A stretch of DNA of 64,000 nt from a bacterium (lineage in GTDB: Bacteria; Krumholzibacteriota; Krumholzibacteriia; G020349025): contig JANLSU010000048.1 of NCBI GenBank assembly GCA_031362565.1, positions 8,696 to 72,695 on the forward strand, given 5' to 3'. The translations under genes and the position numbers were made by a program. The notes below the pieces were generated by a model, which worked only from the letters and a program-made list of their open reading frames with translations, had not been told where the DNA came from and ran no database searches. How positions within the stretch are numbered: position 1 is the stretch's first letter; each line of letters begins with the position of its first letter. Positions 29,862 through 41,715 of this stretch are shown in pieces.

Positions 29862-31992
29862 CGCCCGGCGCACTGCGAACGATCCGCAGGATCCGGTCGG
29901 CGGGAACGCGCACATCGATGAGGTTCTCGACGGCGCCATCGGGCCACGTCACCCGCACGACGTCGAGGCGCGTCGCCATGCCGATGCCGGCGCGCACCGG
30001 TTGCGTCGTGATGCGGCTCGATTGCACCAGCGTCCCGGTATGCACCTCGAGCCATGCACCGACGCCGTCCTGGATGCCACGCGGCCCCGCGAGGGAGATT
30101 TCGAGGTACCCGTTGGCGCTGCCGCCCTCGTTCCATTGCACTTCGACGACGCTGTCGGCGCGCACACACGCCAGATCGAGGTCACCATCGAGATCGAAGT
30201 CCGCTGCGGCGACCGAGCCGGTGAGGACAGGCGCCGACGCCGATTCGAGCCGGTCTTCGGCTGCGAATAGCACGCCGCGTCCCGAATTCCGCCACAACGC
30301 CAGATCCGAGGCCCGCGGCGCGTTGGGGAGCGGCGGCTCGGGGGCCGTGTCTTCGGCCACTCCGGCTGAAGAACCGCGCGCATCGGCCGGCATGACTTTG
30401 CCCCCGACGGCAAAGTTCGTCGCCGGTGCAATGACGGGGCCGCGCGAGTGCAACGTCACGATGTCTTCGAACCCGTCGTTGTCGAAATCGAATCGTACCA
30501 AGCCCGCGACCGGCACCTCGACCGGACGATCGTGAGCATACGTTGTTTGCGGAACGCGATAGGCGGCGGCACGCACGAACCGCGCACTGCCGCGGTTGGC
30601 CAACAGCCAAAGGCCGTTTTCGTTGCCGACCAAGAGATCGAGGGTGCCGTCGGCATCCATATCCGCCGCATCGACGACGCGGGCGCGTTCCAAATTGAGG
30701 CCGGCGACCCGGCTCGTGTTGACGAAGGCGCCGGCGGCGGTTTGAACGAGGACCCGCAGCCGGCCGGCAACATCCGCGGCGACCAGATCGGGGCGTTGAT
30801 CGCCGGAGAAATCGCCGCACACAACATCACGGAGCGGCGGCATGGACTCGAGCCCGCGCGCCGCAAATTCCGTATCGAAGCGTCCGTTGCCATCGTTGCG
30901 CCACACATGCAATCCCGGCGCCGACGTCGTTGCGATAACCAGATCCAGATGGCCGTCGCGATCGAAATCACAACTTTGCCAGGCACGAATTTCGTACGGC
31001 ACATCGGCAACGAGATCGGGCGCCGATGACCCGCCGTGCAGCAGCCACACGCGAGTGTGCAACGACGGCGGCGCCGCCGGCTTGGCCGTTGCCGCACCGG
31101 CGCTTGCATCCGGAATGGGCAGCGTCGCGGCGAGAATGACATCGGGCCGGTCGTCGCGATCGGCGAGCAGGGTGATTGCGGCCCGCACGGTACCCGCCGG
31201 CAAGACCGGCTGCGGCGTCCAGCGCACGCCAGTGCCTGCCGAGTCGGCACGCAGTGCGACGTCGCTGCCGGCGAGCACCAGATCCGGGCGGCCATCGCCA
31301 TTCACGTCGGCAACTGCGAGCCCGGTGGCGCGCGCGTCGAGCGAATCACGGCGGAAACGCACCGTAATAGCGCCGGCCGTCGAGACCGGCGGCCGCGGCG
31401 GCACCTGCACATCGATGAGCCGCGCTGCTTCGGCGGTGGCGCTCGTTCCCGAAGGATCGAGGCGGGCCGCTTCGGCGCGCGACTTGTCCGCTAGGTCATG
31501 GCGCCCGGCGTCGGCATAGGCCGCGGCGAGGGCGGCGCGAATCGCCGGCGCGGTTGGGTCGGCACCGGCCGCGGCTTCGAAGTCTTGCAGTGCGAGCGCC
31601 AGCAGCCGGGCGGATTCCGCCTGTTTCTTTTCCGAACCATTGGATTGGGCTTCGTCACGCAATTCGTGGCCGCGCGTTTGACGCAGAACTCCGAGGTCGT
31701 AATGGGCGCGCGCGTCCTGCGGATCGACTTGCAGCGCGGTAGTCCAGGACTGTTCCGCGGCGCGCTCCTGGCCCCGCCGCCATTGCACGAGACCAAGATT
31801 CGTCCACGCCACCGGATCGCGCGATTCGTCTGCGAGTTCGGAAAGGATGGCTTGAGCGCGTTTCAAATCGCCGTTCTCGAACCAAGCGCGCGCCTTCACC
31901 GTGGCTTCGTAGCGCGCTTCCGGACTCTCGGGGGCTGGGCTGCAGCCCAGTGCCAGCAAGAGGAGGACGAACGGACCCATCCGACGCAACAT
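29848..31992 (-). CDS. TPR + FG-GAP repeat + ASPIC/UnbV (CRTAC1-like) lipoprotein
   Basis: LALGC lipobox; TPR helices; DVNGDGRPDL-type repeats; VRVTWPDG. Start is uncertain. Confidence 0.85.
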   Translation of the reverse strand: MLRRMGPFVLLLLALGCSPAPESPEARYEATVKARAWFENGDLKRAQAILSELADESRDPVAWTNLGLVQWRRGQERAAEQSWTTALQVDPQDARAHYDLGVLRQTRGHELRDEAQSNGSEKKQAESARLLALALQDFEAAAGADPTAPAIRAALAAAYADAGRHDLADKSRAEAARLDPSGTSATAEAARLIDVQVPPRPPVSTAGAITVRFRRDSLDARATGLAVADVNGDGRPDLVLAGSDVALRADSAGTGVRWTPQPVLPAGTVRAAITLLADRDDRPDVILAATLPIPDASAGAATAKPAAPPSLHTRVWLLHGGSSAPDLVADVPYEIRAWQSCDFDRDGHLDLVIATTSAPGLHVWRNDGNGRFDTEFAARGLESMPPLRDVVCGDFSGDQRPDLVAADVAGRLRVLVQTAAGAFVNTSRVAGLNLERARVVDAADMDADGTLDLLVGNENGLWLLANRGSARFVRAAAYRVPQTTYAHDRPVEVPVAGLVRFDFDNDGFEDIVTLHSRGPVIAPATNFAVGGKVMPADARGSSAGVAEDTAPEPPLPNAPRASDLALWRNSGRGVLFAAEDRLESASAPVLTGSVAAADFDLDGDLDLACVRADSVVEVQWNEGGSANGYLEISLAGPRGIQDGVGAWLEVHTGTLVQSSRITTQPVRAGIGMATRLDVVRVTWPDGAVENLIDVRVPADRILRIVRSAPGVSGP

Positions 31993-32273
31993 CGCTCCGC
32001 ACCTTCCCATCCGCCTCGACCCCATGCACCGCACCGCGCGGCGCCGCGCGCGCCTCCAGACGACACCTGACGACGTGGTGGCTCAGGCCTGGAATCCGCG
32101 CGCCACCGGCACCCGACAGTGCGCAAGATGCACGCCGGGACGGCTTGCCCCCCGCGCCGCACGTGCAGCGGCATTGTACGGCGGCGTGCAGCCGGTCTCA
32201 ATGCATCCGATCAGCAGTGTCCACTGCGTGGCGCATTGCTTCTCGATGCACCCGCCTGCGGTTGCTGGCTGCG

Positions 32274-32289
32274 TGGCACTCCGAATGCT
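32274..32289 (+). promoter_or_regulatory. Putative sigma54 (-24/-12) promoter
   Basis: TGGCACTCCGAATGCT has GG-N10-GC spacing and lies about 75 nt upstream of 32363. Confidence 0.55.
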
Positions 32290-32362
32290 ATAGTTTCGAT
32301 GGATTTCGGCCGCGCGGTGCGTAGTCGCGCTTGCCTGCCCTCTGAACTGCGAGGTTTTCATC

Positions 32363-32917
32363 TTGAAACAACGGCGGCTGGTTTCGATCGCGACGCTGGC
32401 GGTGACGCTGGCGGCCGCGGTGGGCGGTCTGGCGGTAGTGGGGGCCGGTTCCGAACGCACCGCCCCGGTCGCCGCCGAGGTGCGCCCGGCACCGCAATCC
32501 TGCAAACCCGTGGCGCCGGTGCATGTGACGCTCGAGCCAGGCGCCGCGCCCGGCGTGTGGCATGTGCACCTGAATGCGGTCGCGAGTGCGAACGACGTCA
32601 CCGTCGTCGTGGGGTCGAACCGTGGCGACGTCGCGGCCGGCAGCCTCGTGGTCTGGCACGGCAGCCTCGAGCCCGGTGCCGGTCAGGCGATCGAAGCCCG
32701 GTTCCCGGTTGCCGACGATGTGACCAGCGTTTGGGCCGAAGCTCGGATCGCATCCGCGCCCGGCGTGACGCAGCGCGACCTGGCGGTACTCGAGGTGCTG
32801 AACGGCAAGGCAGCGGCCCGAACTGCGAGTTCCGCCGCCACCGGGCGGGTCGTCACCGACCCGCAGACCGGCGAGTCCGTGGTCGAGTTTCAGGGTGAAA
32901 CGGCGGGCAAGCGATGA
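32363..32917 (+). CDS. Hypothetical exported protein coupled to the downstream protease
   Basis: GAGG RBS and TTG start; N-terminal hydrophobic segment; ATGA overlap with the next gene. Confidence 0.7.
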   Translation: MKQRRLVSIATLAVTLAAAVGGLAVVGAGSERTAPVAAEVRPAPQSCKPVAPVHVTLEPGAAPGVWHVHLNAVASANDVTVVVGSNRGDVAAGSLVVWHGSLEPGAGQAIEARFPVADDVTSVWAEARIASAPGVTQRDLAVLEVLNGKAAARTASSAATGRVVTDPQTGESVVEFQGETAGKR

Positions 32918-35070
32918 GCCGCCGCGCCCGCCTCGGCGCCGCCTTTGCCGCGGTTCTCGCTATCGCCGCGACGGCACAGGCCAACTACACGGTGAGCGGC
33001 AAGTTTCAGTACCGTGACCGCCCGTTCGGCGCATCCGGTTTCACCGGTACGACGGTCGATCTCCCGATCCGGTTCGCCGACGTCGAAGTCTATGACACCA
33101 GCACCAGCGCGGTTCTGGGGTCGGGGGCCACGGATGCAACCGGCAGTTTCTCTTTTGCGGTGACCGACGCCGCGACTCGCAACATCGCCGTGCGGGCCAA
33201 GACGACGTCGGTGAAGACGCCCACTCTCAAGATCCGGGTGATCACTCCGTCGCCGGGTAACCTCGTATTTGCGGTCGCGACGACGGCGTTCAACAACCAC
33301 ACCTCGACCACGAACATCGACTTCACCGCGACACCGGTGGTGGCGGTCCCCTCGGTCTTCACCGCCCCCGCTGTAGCAGGTGCCGGGGACGCATTCAATA
33401 TTTTCGACAACGCGCTCGACGCGATGGACTTCATCGCCACGCTGAACGGCTCACGCCCGACACAGCTCTTGACGCTGCACTGGGATCTGAATTCGGGCGA
33501 TGGAACGTACTACTCGGATGCCGACCGGACCATTCACTTGCTGGGCCTCAGCAGCGATTCTGACGGTTACGACGATACGGTGATTCTGCACGAAATCGGC
33601 CACTACACCGAGTTCACGCTGGCGGCGAGCGACAACCCCGGCGGCGGTCACAGTCTGAACGGGGTGTACGCGCTGACCCTGACCTGGTCCGAGGGCTGGG
33701 CGACGTTCTTCGCGAACATGGTGCGCAAGTGGCGGGGTTTCTCGCGGCCCGAGATCTACGTCGACATGTTCCCAGCGGCCGGATCCGGCCATCTGTTGAT
33801 TTCCTACGAATTGGAAACCCCGAATGCCGGCGTGCTTGGCGCCGACAACGAGGTTTCGGTGAATGCAGCGCTGTGGGATCTGGTCGATGACACGACGACA
33901 CTGGACGCGACACCCGGCGTCGATGACGACCCGCTGCGGCTGCCGAACGGTCCCCTGGAGTTCTGGCAAACGTTCACGACCTATTTCCCAACTGCGACGA
34001 CGATCAGCATGGAAGATTTTTGGGACGGCTGGTTCGCGGGCGGACATGACCACCTGGCGGACATGCGCACCACCTTCGGAGCGCACGGGATCGAGTATTT
34101 TGACGACAGCTTCGAACCGGATGACGGCGTCGCGCAAGCGCGGACCGTGGTGGCCGGCTCGGCTGCCGCGCATCACACGATCTACTCGGCCGGCGATGCG
34201 GATTGGTGCATCATCGGCGTGCAGGGCGGCGCGCAGTATGAGTTCATGACCCAGTCCCCGGCCCGAACCTTTCCGCCCCCAGCAACCCCGCCGCTGCTGA
34301 GCGGTGGGGTGACCCACCTCGAGCTCTATGTCAACAATGGCGCGACCCTGGTCGCGACCAGCGCCGACGACAATCCGGTCTCGACGCTCAGCTACACGCC
34401 GGCACAGACGAGCATCGTCTGGCTGCGTTGCCGGCGCCCGGACAATGTCAATACGTACGGATCGTACGACCTCGTGGTGACCGGACCGCCGGTTGCCGTC
34501 CGGGTGAGCGATGTCAACGTCAATGCCTTCGGCCGGGCCCTGCGCCTCACTTGGCAGGCAGCGCGCGATGGCGCGTTCTCGCACTTCGAGATCGAGCGCG
34601 CCGGGTCCGACACCGGGCCCTGGGACGTCCTCGGAACCGTTGCCGAACCGGGCAACGCCAATACGCCCTACGAATTTGTCGATGCGACGGTGGAGGCCGG
34701 AAGGACGTATCAATTCCGTATCATAGGCGTCGAAGCCGACGGCACGCGCGAAGCATTCGGACCGTTCGCGGCCACGGCGCCGGCACCGGCACGAGTCGCG
34801 CTCGCGGCGCCGCAGCCGAATCCGTTCAATCCAACGACCGTATTGCGCTTCGAATTGCCACGCGCGGGGCGGGTCTGGCTGCGGATTTTCGCGGCTTCCG
34901 GAGCGCACATCCGCAGCCTCGTCGCCGGCGAATCCCTGGGCGCGGGTTCCTACGCGCGCACCTGGGACGGGCGCGACGACAGCGGCCATGCAGCGGCTTC
35001 CGGGGTGTACTGGGCGCGCGTCGATGCCGGCGCGGAACACGCCACCCAGCGCGCGGTGCTGGTGCGCTGA
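32914..35070 (+). CDS. Secreted zinc metalloprotease (gluzincin-like) with PPC-like and FlgD/T9SS-like C-terminal domains
   Basis: Signal peptide; ILHEIGHY...WSEGWA; DSFEPDD; PNPFNPTT...WDGRDDSG..ASGVYW. Confidence 0.82.
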   Translation: MSRRARLGAAFAAVLAIAATAQANYTVSGKFQYRDRPFGASGFTGTTVDLPIRFADVEVYDTSTSAVLGSGATDATGSFSFAVTDAATRNIAVRAKTTSVKTPTLKIRVITPSPGNLVFAVATTAFNNHTSTTNIDFTATPVVAVPSVFTAPAVAGAGDAFNIFDNALDAMDFIATLNGSRPTQLLTLHWDLNSGDGTYYSDADRTIHLLGLSSDSDGYDDTVILHEIGHYTEFTLAASDNPGGGHSLNGVYALTLTWSEGWATFFANMVRKWRGFSRPEIYVDMFPAAGSGHLLISYELETPNAGVLGADNEVSVNAALWDLVDDTTTLDATPGVDDDPLRLPNGPLEFWQTFTTYFPTATTISMEDFWDGWFAGGHDHLADMRTTFGAHGIEYFDDSFEPDDGVAQARTVVAGSAAAHHTIYSAGDADWCIIGVQGGAQYEFMTQSPARTFPPPATPPLLSGGVTHLELYVNNGATLVATSADDNPVSTLSYTPAQTSIVWLRCRRPDNVNTYGSYDLVVTGPPVAVRVSDVNVNAFGRALRLTWQAARDGAFSHFEIERAGSDTGPWDVLGTVAEPGNANTPYEFVDATVEAGRTYQFRIIGVEADGTREAFGPFAATAPAPARVALAAPQPNPFNPTTVLRFELPRAGRVWLRIFAASGAHIRSLVAGESLGAGSYARTWDGRDDSGHAAASGVYWARVDAGAEHATQRAVLVR

Positions 35071-35074
35071 GCCT

Positions 35075-35662
35075 TCACATGATGTTCAGGAGCAAGCGCG
35101 CATCCTCGGACATCATGGCGGGCGTCCAGGCCGGCTCCCATACCAGATCGATGTTGCAGTCGGCGACGCCGTCCACGGCGGCGACCTTGGCCTGTACTTC
35201 GGGCGGCAACGATTCGGCGACGGGGCACATCGGCGACGTGAGCGTCATGCGAATGTCGATCCGGCCTTCGGGCTGCAGGTCGATCTCATAGATGAGCCCA
35301 ATGTCATAGATATTCACCGGAATCTCCGGATCGTAGATGCTGCGCAGCGCATCGACGATCGCCTGGCGCAGCGGCGCCATACTGCCATCGTGCGAATCGC
35401 GCGCGTGCGACGGCACCAGGGCCATCGCGTCGAGGGACGCATGGGGCGTCGCCGTTTCGGGCCCGGAGCTCGGAACCGCCGGCGTTGCGGCTGCCGGTGC
35501 GGGCTCAGCCGACGCCCCATGTGACGACGCAGCGTGCGACGACGCGACATACGCGGCCGCTCCAAACGGCGTTCCACTCACGGCGATATCATCGATCGGT
35601 GCCCCGGTGGCGGCGGTGTTCACTGCGTCCGGCGACGCGCCTGCCGGCTCGTTGCTGATCAT
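35075..35662 (-). CDS. sufT: SUF system DUF59/SufT Fe-S assembly protein with Ala/Pro-rich N-terminal extension
   Basis: IYDPEIPVNIYDIGLIY, MTLTSPMCP and WEPAW motifs. GGAGG RBS precedes ATG 35662 (alternative start 35716). Confidence 0.85.
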   Translation of the reverse strand: MISNEPAGASPDAVNTAATGAPIDDIAVSGTPFGAAAYVASSHAASSHGASAEPAPAAATPAVPSSGPETATPHASLDAMALVPSHARDSHDGSMAPLRQAIVDALRSIYDPEIPVNIYDIGLIYEIDLQPEGRIDIRMTLTSPMCPVAESLPPEVQAKVAAVDGVADCNIDLVWEPAWTPAMMSEDARLLLNIM

Positions 35663-35684
35663 CGGTCCCTCCTGCGCTTTCTGT

Positions 35685-36152
35685 TCAGTCTTCCGTCGAA
35701 ACCACCGCATCGCCATCCGCCTTCAGTGCGGCGTGCAACGTGTGCCACGCCAGACTCGCGCACTTGACGCGGGCCGGAAACTCCCGGACCCCCGCGAAGA
35801 CCTCGAGCTTGCCCAACTCCACATCGGCGTCGGCCGGTGCGGGCGCGGTGTCGGTCACCAGAGTGTGAAAGCGCCGGAACAGCGCTTCGACGTCGCCGAC
35901 GCTGCGGCCCTTCACGGTCTGCGTCATCATCGAGGCCGAGGCGGTCGAGATCGCGCAACCGGCCCCCTCGAAGCTCGCGTCTTGGATCACGCCATCCTGC
36001 ACGTCGAGGTAGACGTGCAAGCGATCGCCGCACAAACGGTTGAAGCCCTCGGCCTTGCGCACTCCCGCCACCGCCAGGGCGTGATGGTTGCGCGGCTTGC
36101 GCGCATGTTCCAGGATCACTTCCTGGTAGAGATCACGCAGGTCATCGGACAC
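35685..36152 (-). CDS. sufU: SUF system NifU-family protein
   Basis: LYQEVILEH, LCGD, GCAISTAS and RVKCA motifs. Confidence 0.93.
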   Translation of the reverse strand: MSDDLRDLYQEVILEHARKPRNHHALAVAGVRKAEGFNRLCGDRLHVYLDVQDGVIQDASFEGAGCAISTASASMMTQTVKGRSVGDVEALFRRFHTLVTDTAPAPADADVELGKLEVFAGVREFPARVKCASLAWHTLHAALKADGDAVVSTED

Positions 36153-36194
36153 GGCGTTGCGGCCTCGTTTCCATTTGCAGTGGGCCTTGGTGAA

Positions 36195-37454
36195 TCAGCC
36201 CAGCCAGTCGATTGCCTTTTGGACCGCTTTGGCGAGCGCTTCGACCTCGCCGGCAGTGTTGTACAGCCCGAACGACGCCCGCGCCGTGGCCGGGATTCCG
36301 AACCGGTCCATGACCGGCTGGGCGCAATGATGGCCGGTGCGGATCGCAATGCCTTCGCGGTCGAGAATCGTGCCCACGTCGTGCGGATGCACACCGTCGA
36401 TGACGAACGACAGGACGCTCGCCTTGTGCTCTGCTGTGCCGACCAGCCGCACGCGCGGCATCCGGCCGAGCGCTTCGGTCGCAAGCTGCAGAAGCCGGGC
36501 CTCGTGGGCGGCGATCGCGTCGAGCCCGAGCGATTCGACATAGTCCAGCGCTGCCCCAAGTCCGATGCCGGCAGCGATGTCGGGCGTCCCCGCCTCGAAC
36601 TTCCACGGCAAGCGATTCCACTCCGAGCGCTCGAACGTCACGGAGCGAATCATGTCACCGCCGCCTTGCCACGGTGGCATCGCTTCCAAGAGCGCTTGCT
36701 TGCCATGCAAGACGCCACTGCCCGTCGGCCCATAGACCTTGTGGCCGGAAAACGCCAGGAAGTCGGCGTCCAGCGCCTGCACGTCGACAGCCATGTGCGG
36801 CGCGGCCTGGGCTGCATCGACGAGCACCGGAACGCCGCGGGCGTGCGCCGCGCGCACCATTTCGACGATCGGATTGACGGTGCCAAGCGCATTCGACACC
36901 CAAGCGAGGGCCGCAAAGCGGGTCCGGGGGCCGATCAGCGCTTCGTACGCCGCCAACGGCACCGCGCCTGCATCATCGATCGGCACGTGGACGAGCGTCG
37001 CACCCGTACGCGCGCACAGCAATTGCCAGGGCACGATATTCGAGTGGTGCTCGAGGCCGGTGATGAGGATTTCGTCGCCCGGCTGCAGGCGCGCGGCGAC
37101 GAAACTATTGGCCACCAGGTTGATGGCTTCGGTGGTGCCACGGACGAAAATGATTTCGCGCTCGCTTGCCGCGTTCACGAAGCGGCGAACGCGCTCGCGC
37201 GCCGCTTCGTAGGCGTCGGTAGCCCGGACCGAAAGCAAGTGCACGCCGCGGTGGATGTTCGAGTTGTCCACCGCGTAGAAGCGGCTGATCGCGTCGATCA
37301 CCTGGCGCGGCTTGTGGGTGGTCGCCGCGTTGTCGAGATAGACCAGCGGCCGGCCATGGACGTCCTGATCGAGCGCCGGGAAATCGCGCCGCACGGCTTC
37401 GACATCGTAGGCGCGCTTGGTACCGGCGGCGGTGACCGGAGTGGCGGGCGTCAT
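36195..37454 (-). CDS. sufS: Cysteine desulfurase
   Basis: YLDNAAT, FSGHK and RTGHHCA motifs; ATGA coupling. Confidence 0.95.
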   Translation of the reverse strand: MTPATPVTAAGTKRAYDVEAVRRDFPALDQDVHGRPLVYLDNAATTHKPRQVIDAISRFYAVDNSNIHRGVHLLSVRATDAYEAARERVRRFVNAASEREIIFVRGTTEAINLVANSFVAARLQPGDEILITGLEHHSNIVPWQLLCARTGATLVHVPIDDAGAVPLAAYEALIGPRTRFAALAWVSNALGTVNPIVEMVRAAHARGVPVLVDAAQAAPHMAVDVQALDADFLAFSGHKVYGPTGSGVLHGKQALLEAMPPWQGGGDMIRSVTFERSEWNRLPWKFEAGTPDIAAGIGLGAALDYVESLGLDAIAAHEARLLQLATEALGRMPRVRLVGTAEHKASVLSFVIDGVHPHDVGTILDREGIAIRTGHHCAQPVMDRFGIPATARASFGLYNTAGEVEALAKAVQKAIDWLG

Positions 37455-38793
37455 GCGGCTCCCTCCCCGGCGGCGATGCCGGCGGCGAGCGCCAGCAGGC
37501 GTTCGGCCGCCATGCCGTCGTAGGCGGCGCGCAACGCTGCGTCGCGGGTGCGTTCGAGCACCTCGCGCGCGAAGGCCTGCACCAGCATCTCGTACGCCGC
37601 AGGCGCATCGAGCCCGCGTGACCGCAGGTAGAACAGCGCCTGGCTGTCCAACCGGCCGATCGTCGCACCGTGGGTGCAGCGCACGTCGTCGGCGTGAATT
37701 TCGAGTTCCGGCTTGGTGTCGACGAGTGCGGCCTTGGACAACAACAGGTTGTTGTTGCGCTGCTGAGCGTTGGTTTGCTGGGCATTCGGACGCACGAGCA
37801 CCCGGCCGTTGAATACGCCATGCGCCGTGCCGCCAAGCACGCCCTTGTAGAGCTGCCGGCTCGTGCAGTGCGGCTCGCGGTGGTCGACGAACGTCTGGTG
37901 GTCGGCGTGCTGCGTGCCGGCATGGATCCACAGGCCGTCGAGAGTGCACTCGCCGCCCGTGGCGTCGAAGCGCACGTCGACGTCGTTGCGCCCGAGGGCG
38001 GCGCCCAATCCCAGGACGAACGACTCGAAGTGCGCATCGCGTCCGAGCCGGGCCTGGGTGCGGGCAATGTGGAAGGCGGCTTCGGAGGCGCGCTGAATCC
38101 GGTGGTGCGTGACGGTCGCAGCGTCGCCGACGATGATCTCGGTCGAGGCGTTGGTGAACGACGCACCTTGCCCGGCGTGGATTTCGACGACCGTCGCCTG
38201 AGAGTCGGGTCCGGCGACCACGAGGACGCGCGGGTGCGACTCGACTGGGCCGTCGGACTCGGGCCCCGCCACGAACACGAGTTGAATCGGGGCTTCGAGG
38301 CGGACGCCGCGTGGGATGACGATGAGTGCTCCGTCGACTGCCAATGCAGTGTTGAGGGCCGTGAACGCGTGCGCGGCGGTCTCGGGCTCAGGGTCGACGT
38401 ACGATTCGAGCCGTGCCGTATCACGCCCCGCCCAGGCGGCGGCGAGCGATTCGATGCGGACGCCCGGCGCAAGCGCACCGGACTTCGAGAGCGCCGGCGC
38501 GTAGTGGCCGTTCACGAAAACGAGCACCGGTCCGGCGATTCCGGCGAGCGTCGCGGCGGCGGCGAGCGGCGCCATGCGGCTCGATTCGCCTGCCTCGGGT
38601 GCCGCAAACGTCGCGCGGGCGATCGGCGTCACATCGGTATGCCGCCAGGCCTCCAGGCGCGTGGTTGGAAAGCCAAGCGCCATAGAGCGTTCGAACGCCG
38701 TGCGTCGCGCCGCCTGCAACCAGGCGGGCGCCGCGCCGCGATCGATCTCCGCCCAGCGAGCGGTACGCGCGTCTTTCATGGTGGCGTGACTCG

Positions 38794-38797
<4 letters not shown>
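37451..38797 (-). CDS. sufD: Fe-S cluster assembly protein SufD
   Basis: EAWRHT, FNGRV and KPELEIHADDVRCTHGAT motifs. Confidence 0.93.
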
Positions 38798-39556
<759 letters not shown>

Positions 39557-39564
<8 letters not shown>

Positions 39565-40999
39565 CGCTTCCCTCCAGGCTCACGCCGAGCAGCTTCTGCG
39601 CTTCGACGGCGAACTCCATGGGCAACTCGCGGAACACGTCCTTGCAGAAGCCGTTGACGATCATCGACACGGCGTCCTCGGCCGAAATGCCGCGCTGTTT
39701 GCAATAGAAAATCTGATCGTCGCCGATCTTCGCCACGGTCGCCTCGTGCTCCATTTGCGCGTCGCTGTTCTTGACTTCGATGTACGGGAACGTGTGAGCG
39801 CCGCATTTGTCGCCCAGGAGCATGGAGTCGCACTGCGAATAGTTGCGGGCGCCGGTGGCGTTCTTGGCGATGCGCACCAAGCCACGGTAGGTATTCTGGC
39901 CGTGGCCGGCCGAGATGCCCTTGCTGATGATGGTGCTGCGCGTGTTCTTGCCCAAGTGGATCATCTTGGTGCCGGTATCGGCTTGCTGGTAGTTGTTGGC
40001 CAGCGCCACCGAGTAGAACTCGCCCACCGAGCTTTCGCCCTGCAGGATGCAGCTTGGATACTTCCAGGTGATGGCCGAACCGGTTTCGACTTGGGTCCAC
40101 GAAATCTTCGACCGCGCGCCGGCGCACTTGCCGCGCTTGGTGACGAAATTGTAGATGCCGCCCTTGCCGTTCTTGTCGCCGGGATACCAATTCTGCACCG
40201 TCGAGTATTTGATGGATGCATCCTCGAGTGCGACGAGTTCGACCACTGCCGCGTGCAGTTGATTCTCGTCGCGCATTGGCGCAGTGCATCCCTCAAGATA
40301 GCTCACGTGTGCGCGTTCGTCGGCGATGATCAGCGTGCGCTCGAACTGCCCGGTCTTGGCGGCATTGATGCGGAAGTACGTCGACAGCTCCATCGGGCAG
40401 CGGACGCCCTTTGGTACGTAGACGAAGGAGCCGTCGGAAAAGACCGCCGAGTTGAGAGCCGCAAAATAGTTGTCGGTGTGCGGCACGACCGAGCCCAGGT
40501 ACTTACGCACGAGTTCCGGGTGCTCTTGCACGGCTTCCGAGAACGAGCAAAAGAGGACGCCCTTTTCGGCCAGCTTGCTCTTGAAAGTGGTCGCGACCGA
40601 GACGCTGTCGAAGACCGCATCCACCGCGACGCCCGCCAAAAGCTCGCGCTCGTGGAGCGGAATGCCGAGTTTCTCGTAGGTCTTCAGCAGTTCCGGGTCG
40701 ACGTCTTCGAGCGACTTCGGGCCATCGCTCTGGTTCTTGGGCGCCGAGTAGTAGACGATCGATTGGTAGTCGATCTTCGGATAGCGGACCATGGCCCAGG
40801 TGGGTTCCACCATCGTCAGCCAATGGCGATAGGCCTTGAGCCGCCACTCGAGCATCCACTCGGGCTCGTTCTTCTTGCCCGAGATGAGCCGGACGACGTC
40901 CTCGCTCAAGCCGGGCGGAACGTGATCGGACTCGATGTCGGTCACGAACCCGTACTTGTAGTCGCGGTTCGCGATATCCTGGATTTCGTCACGTGACAT
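39557..40999 (-). CDS. sufB: Fe-S cluster assembly protein SufB
   Basis: YKYGF, EGCTAP and YNFVTKRG motifs; C-terminal LEGSVG. Confidence 0.97.
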
Positions 41000-41019
41000 G
41001 GTGGTTCACCCTCAGGCGT

Positions 41020-41511
41020 TCAGCGCGGTTCGATGTGCAGCATCGAGCTCAGGCGCGAGCGCTCATCGAGCGAGCGCGAGAGCGCGGATTCCTCTTGCCG
41101 CAACAGATCGGTCAGCGTCGTTTGGCGCAGGACGTCGCTCACCAGGCTCTCCAACCGGTTCCAGACCGAGCGGATGCTGCAGCCGCCCATGTGCACGCAC
41201 GCCTGGTCGTCGGCGGAGTGAAAGCGTTCGCAGAACTCGCCGTCGAAGATGCGTTCACCCAATCCGTTCAAAGCGTCCAAGATCGATATCTTGTCGGCGG
41301 GGCGGGTCAGCACATAGCCGCCGCTCCGGCCGCGTACGCTCTCGACCAGGCCGCCGTGGCGCAGGAGCCCCATGAGCTTGGCCACGTGCGGCACCGTCAT
41401 GCCCTCACGCCGCGCGATCTCGGTCAGGGTCATAGGCTCGGCAACCGACGACTGGGACGCCACCTGCAGAAGGCAACGGAGTCCGTATTCTTCCTGGGCG
41501 CTGACTTTCAT
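41020..41511 (-). CDS. Rrf2-family (IscR-like) regulator heading the suf operon
   Basis: EEYGLRCL and SVRGRSGGY motifs; three C-terminal Cys; first gene of the suf operon. Confidence 0.9.
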   Translation of the reverse strand: MKVSAQEEYGLRCLLQVASQSSVAEPMTLTEIARREGMTVPHVAKLMGLLRHGGLVESVRGRSGGYVLTRPADKISILDALNGLGERIFDGEFCERFHSADDQACVHMGGCSIRSVWNRLESLVSDVLRQTTLTDLLRQEESALSRSLDERSRLSSMLHIEPR

Positions 41512-41715
41512 GGATCGCCGCTTCCCGTTGGGGCCCCTCTGGACCGAGGTGCATCCTCTCAAATTTATACGTTATGGTCAAGTATTCGGCCAGGGGCTGT
41601 CAGCATAGGCGTTAGCGGCGTCGGGGTGGTCCTTGGCGACCCTCCCCCGGCCCTCCTCCCCGGCCCTCCCCCCGTGCTGTAGTCGCGACTGTCGGACGGT
41701 CGTGTTCGCGGTGCT

